Origin: Gordius albopunctatus | Taxonomy: Eukaryota | Assembly (NCBI GenBank): GCA_964276515.1 | Contig: OZ193909.1 | Location: 21,452,001 to 21,516,000 of the forward strand | DNA length: 64,000 nucleotides | Direction: 5' to 3' | Shown: positions 1-12,900 of the stretch, piece after piece | How positions within the stretch are numbered: position 1 is the stretch's first letter | How the letters are laid out: the number at the start of each line of letters is the position of its first letter | Position numbers and translations under genes: made by a program | The notes under the pieces: generated by a model | The model's database searches: none | The model's input: only the letters and a program-made list of their open reading frames with translations | What the model was told of the DNA's origin: nothing

Positions 1-164
1 ATTCAAAACAAGGTGATAATATTTCAATATACATAATAACTATCGCTAATATTTTTGAGGCTAAAAATATGCCTAAAGCTACTCGATGCAAAATCATATT
101 GGGATACATGGGTCAAAAGAATATTGAAACTTTAATAAATTTCCTATACCCTTAAGATATATCC

Positions 165-3100
165 TTGCTTAAATATGAGGACTTGATAAAATTAATTAAA
201 AAGGTATATAAACAAAAATGTACAATTTTCCATTCTAGATTACAATTTATGAGATGTCTTAAAAGAAATGATGAAACTCTGATTGAGTATGTAACAAGAT
301 TAAAATCATCTGCAAAAAATTGTGACTTCAGAACTAATTTAGATGAACGGCTCCGTGAGCAACTCTTAAATGGGTATCGAAATCTATCATTGGAAATTGG
401 TGTCAGTACAAGATGTCCTGAAGCTTTAAAGAAAGAGGGTGAGGTGGTAACATTTAATGATATATACAATCTAGCTGAATCATTGGAGACAGCTAATAAA
501 GAAGTAAACACATCACAAGATTTAAACAAAATTCAAAATTATAAAATAAAATCCAATGTACTCAAATCAAAAGAATAGGCAATCAATAAAACAATTTGCT
601 ACAAAGAAAGATGAACATCAACAATCATTCATAAGAAATTGCTATAGATGTGGTAAGTCACATGCAATGCAGCAATGTCCAGCATTTTTAAAAGAATGTT
701 CCATATGTCATCATAGAGGAAACTTTGCAAAAATGTGCAAAACCTCAAACAAAGTAAACCAGATTATTAATACAAATGGGAAAATTTATGACTTAAATAA
801 TGTAACTCACCTAAAACCATACATCCATATAAGGATAAATCAGAAAATTTTCAAAATGTTATATGATACTGGCTCATCAGTATCCGTAATCAACAAGAAT
901 ATCTACAACATTTTAAATACACATAAATTAACACCATGCCCCAAGATAAAAGCTTTTGGAAATAATCCAGTTCCTACATGAGGAGAAACACAAGTCTGTG
1001 TAAATTGAAACAATAAAACTTCAAAATTAACAGATATTGTAACAACTGTAGAAGAAGAACCCATATTTGGTTTAAATTGGATTCCAGCTTTTAACCTAAA
1101 ACTCCCTCATCAAGTTAAGATTAATGCTATAGAAGAAAAACCTCAAAACATAGAAGAGGAATTGGTTGAAAAGTATACCAATGTGTTCAGTGATGGCACT
1201 GGCTGTATTAAAGATTATGAGGTAAATTCTTCTGTAGAGTTCCTTTTCCACTAAGGAAGAAAGTTGAAGAGGAAATTAAAAGATTATTGGACGAAGATAT
1301 AATTTAACATGTTGATCCTGCAGCAACACCAATAACATGGGCAACTCCAATAGTAAATGTATTAAAATAAAATAATTCCATTAGAATCTGCGGCGATTTT
1401 CGAGTTACTATCAATCCCTTCCTAACTTTAAACAACCATCTACTTCCCATATTTGACGATTTAATTCTGAAGATCGCAGGAGGGCAGAAATATACAGTAA
1501 TTGACTTACGTGATGCCTATATTCAGATGAAGGTCGAAGAAAAGTCGCGACATTATCTCACTATCGTAACACATTTAGGTTGTTATCGATATAAACGTCT
1601 TCCATTTGGACCTTCGATAGCACCAAATTTATTCCAACGTTATATGGAGGAATTATTAGATGGGATTTTTCATACCGGCGTACTTCTAGAAGATATCATA
1701 GTTACAGGGGTAAATGAAAATGACCACCTGCAAAATCTGAACGAAGTGCTAAAGAGGGTACAGGACGCTGGTCTAAAAGCAAAGAAGGAAAAGGTTAAAT
1801 TTTTTCAAAATTCAGTTAAATACTTGGGACATGTGATCGATGCAGCAGGGATCCACCCGACTCAAGAGCGAGTGGAAGCCATTGTTAATTTAAAAGAACC
1901 ACAAAACAAAAAAGAACTACGTTCCTTTTTAGGCAAGTTAATTTATCAGGAAAGGTTCATCCCAATGCTACACAAAAAATGCGCACCCTTGCATGCATCG
2001 ACGGGCTCATAAATAGATTGGAAATGGACGACTAAAGAGCAGAAGATTTTTAACGATGTTAAACTGATGCTTTAAACGTCCAATACTTTGGTACCGTTTT
2101 CAACCTCATTGCCGTTATACCTAGCGGTAGATGCTTCTGAAACTGGTGTAGGTGCTGTACTATCACACTTATATGCAGATGGGTCCGAAAGAGCTATTCA
2201 ATACGCATCCAGGACGTTAAGCGAGTCCGAAAAACGATACTCTACAATTGATCTGGAAGCGCGAGCCATTGTGTTCGGTGTTCAAAAATTTGATCAATAC
2301 TTACGTGGTCAAAAATTTGTATTGATGATGAATCACAAACCTCTAGAAAGATTATTCGGAAATCATCGGGATTTACCGAAAGTGATCAATAATAGATGAC
2401 GGATCAGATCAATCACGTAGGACTACTCATGTTAGATGAATTAAAGTTAGATTATGAAATGCTAAAAACATCAATTAAACAAGATCCTTTTTGTCGTGAA
2501 TTAATTTTAGCGATCAACCGAGAATGGCGGTTGGATTTAAATAAATGCCGTTTTGACATGAAAACGCACTACAATCGAAGGGAGGAATGTCAATTGAAGA
2601 TGGATTATTATTACGTGGCACTCGGTTAATAATACCGAGGATCTTACGAGATTTGGTTTTAAACATATTACACCAAGGACACCCTGGTACAGAAATGCTT
2701 AATTTAGCCCGATATTATGTTTGGTGGCCCGGAATAGACAAGAGTATTGATTTGTTTGTAAAGGAATGTGACGGTTGTCAAGGAGGCCGACAAGCCGAAC
2801 AAGTAGGCCCTTATATTCTTGGTCCGTACCTGACCGTCCTTGGGATCAAGTCCACATAGATATTGCCGTACCTGTCGAAGGAAATTATTGGTTGGTTTTA
2901 ATTGATGCATTATTGAAATGGTTGGAGGTAGCCACACTATCGTCGATTAAAAGACCACAAATCGTGAGGCAATTACGAAATTGGTTTTGCAGGTTCGGTA
3001 TTTCCTTGCAAATAGTATCAGATAGTGGACCACAACTTGTCTGTGAAGAATTCTGAAAATTTTGTGACAACAACAACATTAAGCACGTAACATCAACTCC

Positions 3101-3657
3101 ATACCACCCCAAAACAAATGGATTAGCTGAGAGAATGATTCGAGCGCTAAAATCAAGATACTGGGCAGCAAGAAAATCAGGGGGAGAGGAAAAATTATGC
3201 CTTCAACAAATAATTATGACATAGAGGACAGGAATACAACTCAGGCAACCACGGTTAAAGCTCTGGTGGAATTGTTGTTGGGAAGAAGAGTAAGGACAGC
3301 GTTGGACCTTATTCGACTAGATTCGAAAGAAAAGTGGAAGGAGAGATTAGCTAAACAAAAGAGCTACCATGACCGAAAAGCATCTTATAGGGAATTTAAT
3401 GTTGGAGATCCAGTATGGATTCGGAATAAATTAAAGCGGGCTGGTACAATAATGTTCGCACTGATAAAGTTATTAAAAGGAAACACGCGTATCAGTTAAA
3501 ATTTAGGATGCAATCCCAGTTTGTCGAAACAAGCGATACTAGTCGGGAAACGAATGGTGAAAAAGTTGCAGGTCCGATTACGTTAAGACGATCGACTAGA
3601 ACGTCAAAACCACCTGTACGGTTCTAAGATGAATTTCACATTTAAAATAGGGAGAAA
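165..3657 (+). mobile_element. Degenerate Ty3/Gypsy LTR retrotransposon internal region (gag-PR-RT-RH-IN); 3' LTR probably begins at 3658 (TGT)
   Basis: Fragmented ORFs: gag with CYRCGKSHAMQQC knuckle; protease LYDTGSSVSV; RT RLPFG..LLEDII; RNase H DASETGVGAVL; integrase HQGHPG..WWPGI..C..C, QIVSDSG and TPYHPKTNGLAER; C-terminal RRSTRTSKPPVRF*. Purine tract AAAATAGGGAGAAA at 3644-3657 is followed by TGT. Many stops and frameshifts. Confidence 0.93.
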
Positions 3658-3966
3658 TGTAATATATAGCGTAATTTTTAATATCAGTTTTATATATATC
3701 ATGTGGATTAAAATATATAATTAGTTTTTGATTTAAAACATATGTGAAATACTATAGTTTTTACATTTATAATTATTATGTATTGTTTAAATGATATTTA
3801 TTTTAAAATGCTGTTTTTGATATCTACCCAATTCAATATTTAAAATTACTAATTTCTATATGATAACCACTTTACCATGCATTTGCATACATCAAAATGA
3901 TGGAAAAAAGGGTACACATTTTGTGCGTTGATGAGCAGTCTATCTAGTTTATGGCTTTATGTGTAC

Positions 3967-6900
3967 CTCCTTCAGTGGTAATAATAATGGTGACTTCATC
4001 TACCACAACACTATCGCCGTTGGCTATTTTATAAGGTGATTCTTTAATAAGAATTTTCACATGAGAGGCTATGTCATCTACCGGATCTTCAAAGAAGAGC
4101 TTAAACACAATCAGGAAATAACCTTCGCTATATGTAACAACATTTAGTTATCATAAAATATCCTGACAAGTTCTACTTTTGAAAATTTAAAAGTTTTTGT
4201 TCAAGTGTGTAGGAGGCTAAATATAAAATATAATGAGTACTTGTCGTAGTCCATATTCAAACGAACATAGCTCTCGTCAAAATTTAGGGAAAATTTGTGA
4301 TCCAACTAAAATAAATAACATACATAAGAAAAACTATTTTAAAAATCCGAATTTTTTTTTAAATATAAATTGGTAATATGAATTCAAATGTCACTTTAAC
4401 ACATTTAATAAATTTTTAAGGGTGTAATTTAAGTTATACAGCAAAATAAAAAGTTACCAGCGCGCTTATGTGATTTCTTAGGAAAAATGTTTCTGAATGT
4501 GATTCATTTTGAGTCCTATTGATATTAAATCTGACGTTCAGCAAACAATTGAATTTATTTGGTGCTTTTTAAGATAAATATTGTAAACATATAATTAGGT
4601 CAAAAATAAAAATATAAGCAGTTTTAGGCATAAGTTTTTAGTTCAAAATGCTTAACAATTACTATTAAGAATAAGTAAAATATAATAATTTATACTTTTA
4701 AACCGCTTGTGAAAGATGACCTAATATTTATATTAGTTGCTGCACACTTCTAACTTAATTTAGTCTTTTAAGATAAGATGGAATTAACATAAATAATATA
4801 TCGTTGTACAATGCGTTAAATTTAATATATGGAAGCTATAAATACGTTATTTAAGTTGGCAACTTTCGACACTAATAAGAGAACTTGTCTTATAATCACT
4901 ATATGTCGTTTGCATATATGAACTCAGGTCATCAATTAGTCATTTCTTAGAAAGTTAAAAGGTTTTAATCCAATCGGCTTTAAAAAAGGCCGGCACTCCT
5001 TCCATGCTTGAACCATCCAATCCTTCTTTAGAAGGTAGAATGTGTCCCGACGGAGCTTCTATGATCCCCTGGGAGGATGGTAAGTTCCTAGCATGGGACT
5101 TTACCTGCATCAATATTTTTGCGCCAACTAATAATAATTATAACCCACTTTCTGGTGCCGAAGATCGCAAAACACTCAAATACCGAGCCATTGCTCATTC
5201 TAAGATTTTTATTCCAATAGTAGCTTCCTTTTCGGCCACTTTTGGCAAGAAAGCATTAGCTTTTTTTAAATCGATAGGAAACAGATCCCTCAAAGCTAAA
5301 TACCAGCTTTATTTTACGCCAAAAAATCGGCATTCTGATAGCTAAATATAATTACAAAACTTTTTCTGACACATGGCCCCCCGTGTTGGCTATTGACGAT
5401 TGTGATGAATAATTTTTTTTTTATTTATAATATTATTTTAAGCCCGTTTATTGTATATTTCATGTACCAATTTTAGCGAATAAAAGCATTTTAATCAAAA
5501 AAAATAGTCAAAGTTCTTATTCTTACACAATATCTCGAACGTGACATACTTGGTGTACATGTGTAAGAACCTGCAGACTTTTCTTCATTTAAGCACTTAC
5601 AGCTTGATCCTACACAATCCGTATCACGTGCTAAAGCTTTGCATTGTTTTGTGCTCCCACAGGCTTCTCCTATCTTTTTACCTAACATTCATTTTATTAA
5701 TAAAGTTTTCTTATATTATGAACTTAATCAAAACTAGATGCATTAAAGCAATGTAACTATAATATAATATATATTTTTTTCCAAAAAAGATAAACATAAA
5801 ATAATTAAATTATTAGTAAACGTATCTGCTATTTTATACCCCTCAAGGCTAGGTGTCTTATTTATTGACCCTAAAATGGCGTAATTTGATTCAGGTCATA
5901 ATTATTAAATCTCAACTCATTATTAGCAACTAGAAAGAGAGGTCGCGTAAATTTTATTAAGATTGATTACTACAAGGTAATAACAGTTGAAAATAAAAAA
6001 ACGGTCTAAAGTGTAGATTTATTGGAAAGGTATTAAACATGTATTTATTATCTAAATTAAAAATCACTAAAATTTAGTTCTAGCATAAAATTATGTTTGT
6101 TCCATGTTTTACAGCAAGTATGGATGTCATCACATCTTAGCCTTATTTCAACTTATGATTATTTGACTTAAAATATCATTCGCACGTATAGCTGAATACA
6201 GTATTAAAATCGAATATGGCCTGAATTTATAGAATAAACATAAATATTTGGGCAAATTGTACTAACCCAGCTTGCACTTCTTATCTTCTTCGTACATACC
6301 CATCTCACAGGTGCATTTGGCGTAGAGGCAAGTGTAGCCGAAGCCCAAATGACTACATCTCACTTTGGTGTCGCAATAGCCTCCTGCCTGCAGCGCTACA
6401 ATTCATAAAACTATATTTGACATTTTCGCGTTCAGTATTAAAAAAATCATTATTAAGTTATGCTGATTGTTGAAAGACTTTTTAAAAAATTTAATTACAT
6501 TAGAGTACCGGCGATCGTATAATAGAATAATATTTTCAAACGCCTTTGATTATTTAACGTAACAACAATTTCAAGGATGTTGACTAACTTTAAAAAGTTG
6601 CAAATTGTGCCAAGAGTAAAGTGAGCAAAGGTTATAGATGAAAATCCCTAAAATGTTAATTATTTTATAGGCATGTTGCTTGGTCATGTTCGTCTCTTCC
6701 CTAATGTAATATTCGTTTGCTAGTAGCTTACTAGGATGTTACTTATATTATATTACCATTTAATCTAAAATAACATTGTTTAAATAATTATAAGACTATT
6801 ACTTATATCTTTAAATAAATTGCACATTATACATACGTATAAAGCAGACTTCTCGTTTTGAACCAAAGGTACTCTTAATGCACACGCATTTGGAGTTTAT

Positions 6901-9900
6901 GGTAGATTCGCATTCAGGTACCATTATCTCTAAAAAAATAAATCTAAGTCATTTAATTGTCAATAAACTAAAGTAAATCTTTATTAAATGGTATACAAAA
7001 AATTACGACTAAGAAATATAAAAATGCGCTATAAATAAACGGATGGCATTGATCCGTGTATGGATATCGTGTTGGATTTAACGATTTCCATTGTCATCTT
7101 TTGCCTGCACTTTTTAAATATTACTACATCCATTACCGAACTAAAAACATAAAACCGGCTAGAGTAATCTTACTCGCAATTCTTTTTATAAGCTTATCAC
7201 TTAATATTGTGTTTAAGTAATGATAGATTTGTTAAAATTACAATATTTGAGTAAATCTTTGACCAATTAATGAACATTTTATTGCTAACATAGCGAAATG
7301 GGACCCAACTACTAGTTATTTAGGGTTTGGTGTATTATAATCGAGATAAGCTTATTGTAACCTGGATTTTAACTAAAACAATACATATGGAAAAAGATAA
7401 ATGTGATTGAATCGTTTATTATAGCATTATGGGTCTTAATTACTTTACTTGAAATAAATGTTAAATATCACATAGAAATAAGTCGTCTTCGGATATAAAA
7501 TTAAACAATTTAAACTGGTTTTTAATTACCCATAGCTTATAGCTCAATTGTATAAATCATGTGAAGGTTTACTTTTAACACAGCGGTTATCGTAGTAAGA
7601 ACTATCAGAATTGCACACGCAGAGCTTTTTTTCAGCTAATTCGCGACACACACTCATCTCAACCATTGCTGAACATTCTTTATCATCTGTGCATTTATCG
7701 CCTAATTTTGTGTCTTAAATGTTACATATTCACTGTGATTAAAAACAATCAAATTTTGAATGAATGGGTTTTACAATAAGAATTTTGTTTAAAACACCTA
7801 TTTTATCTCAATATCAATTCGGAGTTTAAGTTGGCCACAATGATGTGCTATGTGATCCGGCCACTAAAATGGTGCCAAAAGCAAATTAAGTCTATATAAA
7901 GCTTGGTCAGTATATTCATTCCTAAAAAAATACCCCTGATTCGTTACCTACCTTTAAAGAGGGAGCCTATATTACAGCTAAACCAAAAGTGACATCCATA
8001 TTTGCACACCTCCACTAATGGATTAAGAGAGACTTTGGGGAAACAACTTATTATAGCTTTAACTTTAACATATTTCATTTCATCAGAACGTAATTTAACT
8101 AAATTGTAGTAAAGAATGTTTTATAATACGTTTGAAACATTCGTAATCGACTCTTTTCCCGGGTTCTTTCAAATATTCGGGATCGCATTTACACATACCA
8201 TAGTGATCGATGCCGCGTTCTATTACGCACACTAAACCAGGCATACAATTACCGGCTTGGCATGGCTGCTCACCCAATTTACCTAAAATCTAACTGGCTT
8301 AAAAAACCTTTATAAAATATGAGTTTGTTGGAAAGCATTTTTATCAAGTGTCTCCGTATAAACTCAATGACTAATAAATGCTTATTTCTATCTATAAAAT
8401 ATTATTCTAATGATAGAATCATTCATCATTCTGATACAGATATTCTTGTGCTTCATAATGACGAATAGTTAACACCGTGCTTCAAAATTGGGATTGTTAT
8501 TAATAATTTTTTCAATCTATTTAAAAATTTAATGCTTAGTCTTTAAATTGAGGGTTAAAATTACCAGGAACACAGGTACGATGATTTTTTTTAGCGCAAA
8601 GCGTTAATCCTGGAGCATAATCTGTGATGCATTTGCAAATATTATCGATACAACGCATGTTGCCTCGAATGGAACATGGCCGCGTAGCGCTACAACGCTC
8701 TCCGTAGTATATATCTGAAGATGAAATAATGAAATATTATTTATAAATTTTAAGCGAAAACCGTATAAAGAGCTCAAATAGTCTTCAAATTTTCCAAGTA
8801 TATTGGGTAAATAATAACTTTGAGATCATTTTATATAATAGTTTTGTCACATTGTCTCAACAGAGCAATGCATAAAATATCTTATGTTTATAAAACAATA
8901 AGATGTTTTGATTATAATCACTATTTAATTCATACTTACCTTTGAAAATCTTGATAACGTTCCATTTAAGTAACAATAAAATTATGCATTCGTGTAAAAC
9001 ATCGATCACCTTTTATAAAGCATATGTAATTGCTTTCGATATAACAATCAGCCTTTAAAACGGTTATGGATTTGCCTGTAAAGCTTAGATATAGGCATTC
9101 ACCTACACCTTCAACCTCTAATCGACTATCATTGCTAAATAGAAATAGACACATGTTAGTATTAATGTAAAGTATTTAAATCACATTTTGGATAAAGTTA
9201 TGCATTAATGTAAAGCATTTTAACTGGATGCTATAATCTCTAAAATACGTATCAAGACTTTTCATACCAGCTAGCAATACCATAAATTAATTTACCTTTT
9301 AAAAAGTATGAATTGAAAAATATACTTTCAAATGCCAAGAAACATCCTATTGCATTTGAATTTGATGCTTTTTATATGCAATTTTAACTAAATACCAAAT
9401 CAAATCATATACTAAATGATTAGCAATGGAACCTAAGACCATTAATACTCACCTAGGATCAAACCTAGCTTCTCGACCATCCTCGTGATAATATAAATTG
9501 TTTTTGCTACGAATCCCAAACCTCCATGAATCTTGTTTATCACCCTCAAACGTTCGACCAAGAATCACCTTTAAATAATGAAATCGTCAGTTAAGCCAAC
9601 GCCACTGAACATTAAGTTATTCCATACATTCAGTATTTGTTTTTTTAATTTGGCGTCAATGGGGAGGGGGGGCAAGTTTATGCAGAAAACCCTACCAATG
9701 CCTACGCCACTGGGCATTAGAGACCTGCAAAATCGATTTTTTAAGGCCCGGCCCGAGCCCAAAATTTAAAATGGGTAAAAAATCAGGCCCGGCCCGGGAA
9801 TTTTTATAATTGCAGGAATTTAATCAAACTCAATTTTGGTAAACTTTTTAATTAAAAAACAAAACGCACATCATATAATTATAAATCGATAATGGAACTA

Positions 9901-12900
9901 TTTTGATGCAAAAAAACACAGGCATCGAAAATTTCCGCGTTTAAATTTATTCTCCAGTCTTCATAAATGCGGCCCGCTGACTAAAAACACCTCTCACTCG
10001 AGGCCGATGAAGCAGGTGTCAGAAAATCGTAAAACAAAGGAGCTAGGCGCTAGAAATTGACTGCTGTGGTCTTTCCACTACGCCTCTGGATTTCGAATCA
10101 GATTGAATATCTTTAATATTCCATTCGGATTCGATATTTTTATTGTCGAATATTAAAATAATGATTCGAATTCCATTCAAAAAAATTTTTAAGATTCGTT
10201 CGATTATTTTTCAAGTTTTTTAATTTCTAAATATTGCTATAAATGAATTTATTCATTAAAATGCAAAGATTGAATATCAAAATATTAAAGGCGAAAATGA
10301 TAAAATATCGATATTTTAATAAGTCTTTGTTTGTTATATAAGACAAATTTAGGCGATGATTCCAGGTTGCAACTTCGATGATTTATTATTGGCCCAAACT
10401 ATTAACTTATTTTTATTCTTCAGTATCAAAATTATTTAAATTAATATAGTCTCTAATTAAAAGTTAGCTTAGATGGCATAAATTAGAGTTTATCTATTAT
10501 TTAGTTTCGGTACCCGTAAAACGGGTTATTGTTGAATCTTCAAGTACAAAAACGAAAGACTGCACAAACTAATAGAGATTTTGTATATATAGGAAGTGAT
10601 TAGAATTTGAATAAGATCGTGCTTGGTGCAGTCTATAACAGTCATTATCTTGTTTTATTATAAATCTAGAATGTTCACATTATAAATAAAATCTCGACAT
10701 ATATATAAAGTTAGTGCATATCAAAAAATATTATTTATAGTTTAATTATTTGGGTTAAAGCTTAATGGATAAGTACAAAAAATAATAATAAACATTAAAT
10801 AATAGTTGACCTAAAATGTTAGCAAAAATATTAGAAATTTTTTTTTGTAGTTGAACCCCATATTATATGTAAAGTGATATTTTTATATTTTGTGTATGTT
10901 TATGAAATTTGAATTCAGTGATCGGAGAAAATAACTAATTTGCGGAAAGATGAAAACAGCTTAATTATTTTCGTCTTGTATATTTAAAATACATATCAAG
11001 TATAAATAATTTTTCGAATCCCTTTTTAAAGATTCAATTCGGGTTTTCTAATCTAGCCAGGTAAATATTCGAGTCGTAATTCAGACCTAAGGATTTGTCG
11101 AATCCGAATCTAATCTCGAATCGAATATTTCCCAGAGGTGTACTTTCCACCATTCCAATATTTATATTTTTCCTTGTTGATCTTTAACTCTATGCAGGTG
11201 TCAATTTCCTTTACTTTATAAAATTATTTCTGAATATTTTCAGCTATTAGGAGTAGATTTTTTTTGCTCCATACTCAATTGTTTGTATATTAGAAAAAGC
11301 GCAAAATAAATGAATCAATAACTTGTAATTAATTTTTTGTAATTATTGTTTTAAACAGAACAAAGAACTACTTAGTCTACTACTTCTAAATTCATTGCTT
11401 CTAAATTATTCCGGGCCACCTATATTTTATGAATTAGGCCTGGCCCGGAATTTTAAAGTTTCAAGCCCGGGCCCTGGGCCGTCCGTGCAGGTCTCTACTG
11501 GGCATAGAGCACATTATATTGATATAGTTGATTAAACTTTTTTTAAGAAATGTAAGATTAATAGTAACTATATCGTCGATTGTTTTGGGGCTCCATAGGG
11601 AATATCCTCTCGTATTACATCCCTTTGAAGCCACATCACCATCTACCCTGGCGTCCGTCGTAGCAATGATACAGACCTCTCTATTAGGATGAACTCTGAT
11701 TCCATTGTCGGGACAGGGCAAGCTACAATAAGCTAGGTAATAGAAGATGAGGGCATAAAATGGACGAAACTGTGAGATGGGTTAATGTGTGAATTGCTAA
11801 TTAATTTACTGCCTTCGCTAGCATCAAGCATCGGAATCCAACAAACCTTGCCATAGCTTGCATCGCACATTTCCGAAGTAAAACCTACTTTAGTGAAGGT
11901 CAAACAACGTGTGTTTTCGTTAAATTTGGGCTCCCGGTGTGACTCCCAATTACTTTAAAATAGTTATTAAATTATGTTTAATTAAATGATTTTCTTAGTA
12001 ATACACCTTTCAGGATGTTCATAAACACCCAGTGGCGTATCCAAGGGGGAGGGGGCACAGTTGATTTTAAACGTCTCCCCATAAACAAAAAAATTAAAAC
12101 AAGTTTGCCGAATTATACAGAAAAACTCATTGATATTTATAAAACTCTCGTTAAATTAATTTGAGATTCTATATCATAAATCTACCAATCTTAAGAATTT
12201 GTATACAAAAATTTTTCCTCGATGGGTGTTGAAAAATGAAGAAAATATTTGATCCCCAATGACTTCTCTGAAAACTATTTTAACTTGAGGAAGAAGCTAA
12301 CACAATCCTAATTTTAGTTTTTAGAGATAATTTAAAACCTAATTTTTCTGAGCGTTAAACATGCTTATTATAATTTAGTAGATTCCCTGATTTCAGAAAT
12401 TGAGAGTGTCATTACAACTAGAAAAGAGAATAATAATATAACAGAATATTTTTGGGGAGGGTCTGGGCTGTGCTGTGCTTTGGCTAAAAATTTGCGGGCT
12501 ATGCTCAGAATATATTTAATGTTACCGGGCCGGGACCGGGTTTTTTATTCTACAATCCGGTCAATTACGCCTAAAAGGCCCGTGCATATCGTTAGTTAAA
12601 ACGATGCCCCTGTTTGGCAAATACAGAAAAATTGAAAGAAGCTATTTGCGCTCTTTATTAAGTACATAAAAATCCAACGTTGATACTAAATGCATGTATA
12701 ATTTTGATTAAATTTTGTTTAATCGAACTATTTTTGACATTAAATTAAAACACCCCCCCCCCCCCCCACCTCCTCCTCCCCTCCATTTGGGCATCCTGCC
12801 TACTATACCACTTTAAACCGCATTTGCTCAACAGGAATATCGCTCAAAGGATCTACAACAAATCAAAATGTAGTTTAAATTTGAAAGTATGCTTATTACT

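Noticed and set aside
12007..12856. Possible small exon (DPLSDIPVEQMPV/YEHPES) split by a DNA-transposon insertion
   Set aside because: Its phase does not fit the upstream donor, and exons 12964-13118 and 11810-11952 join in frame without it.
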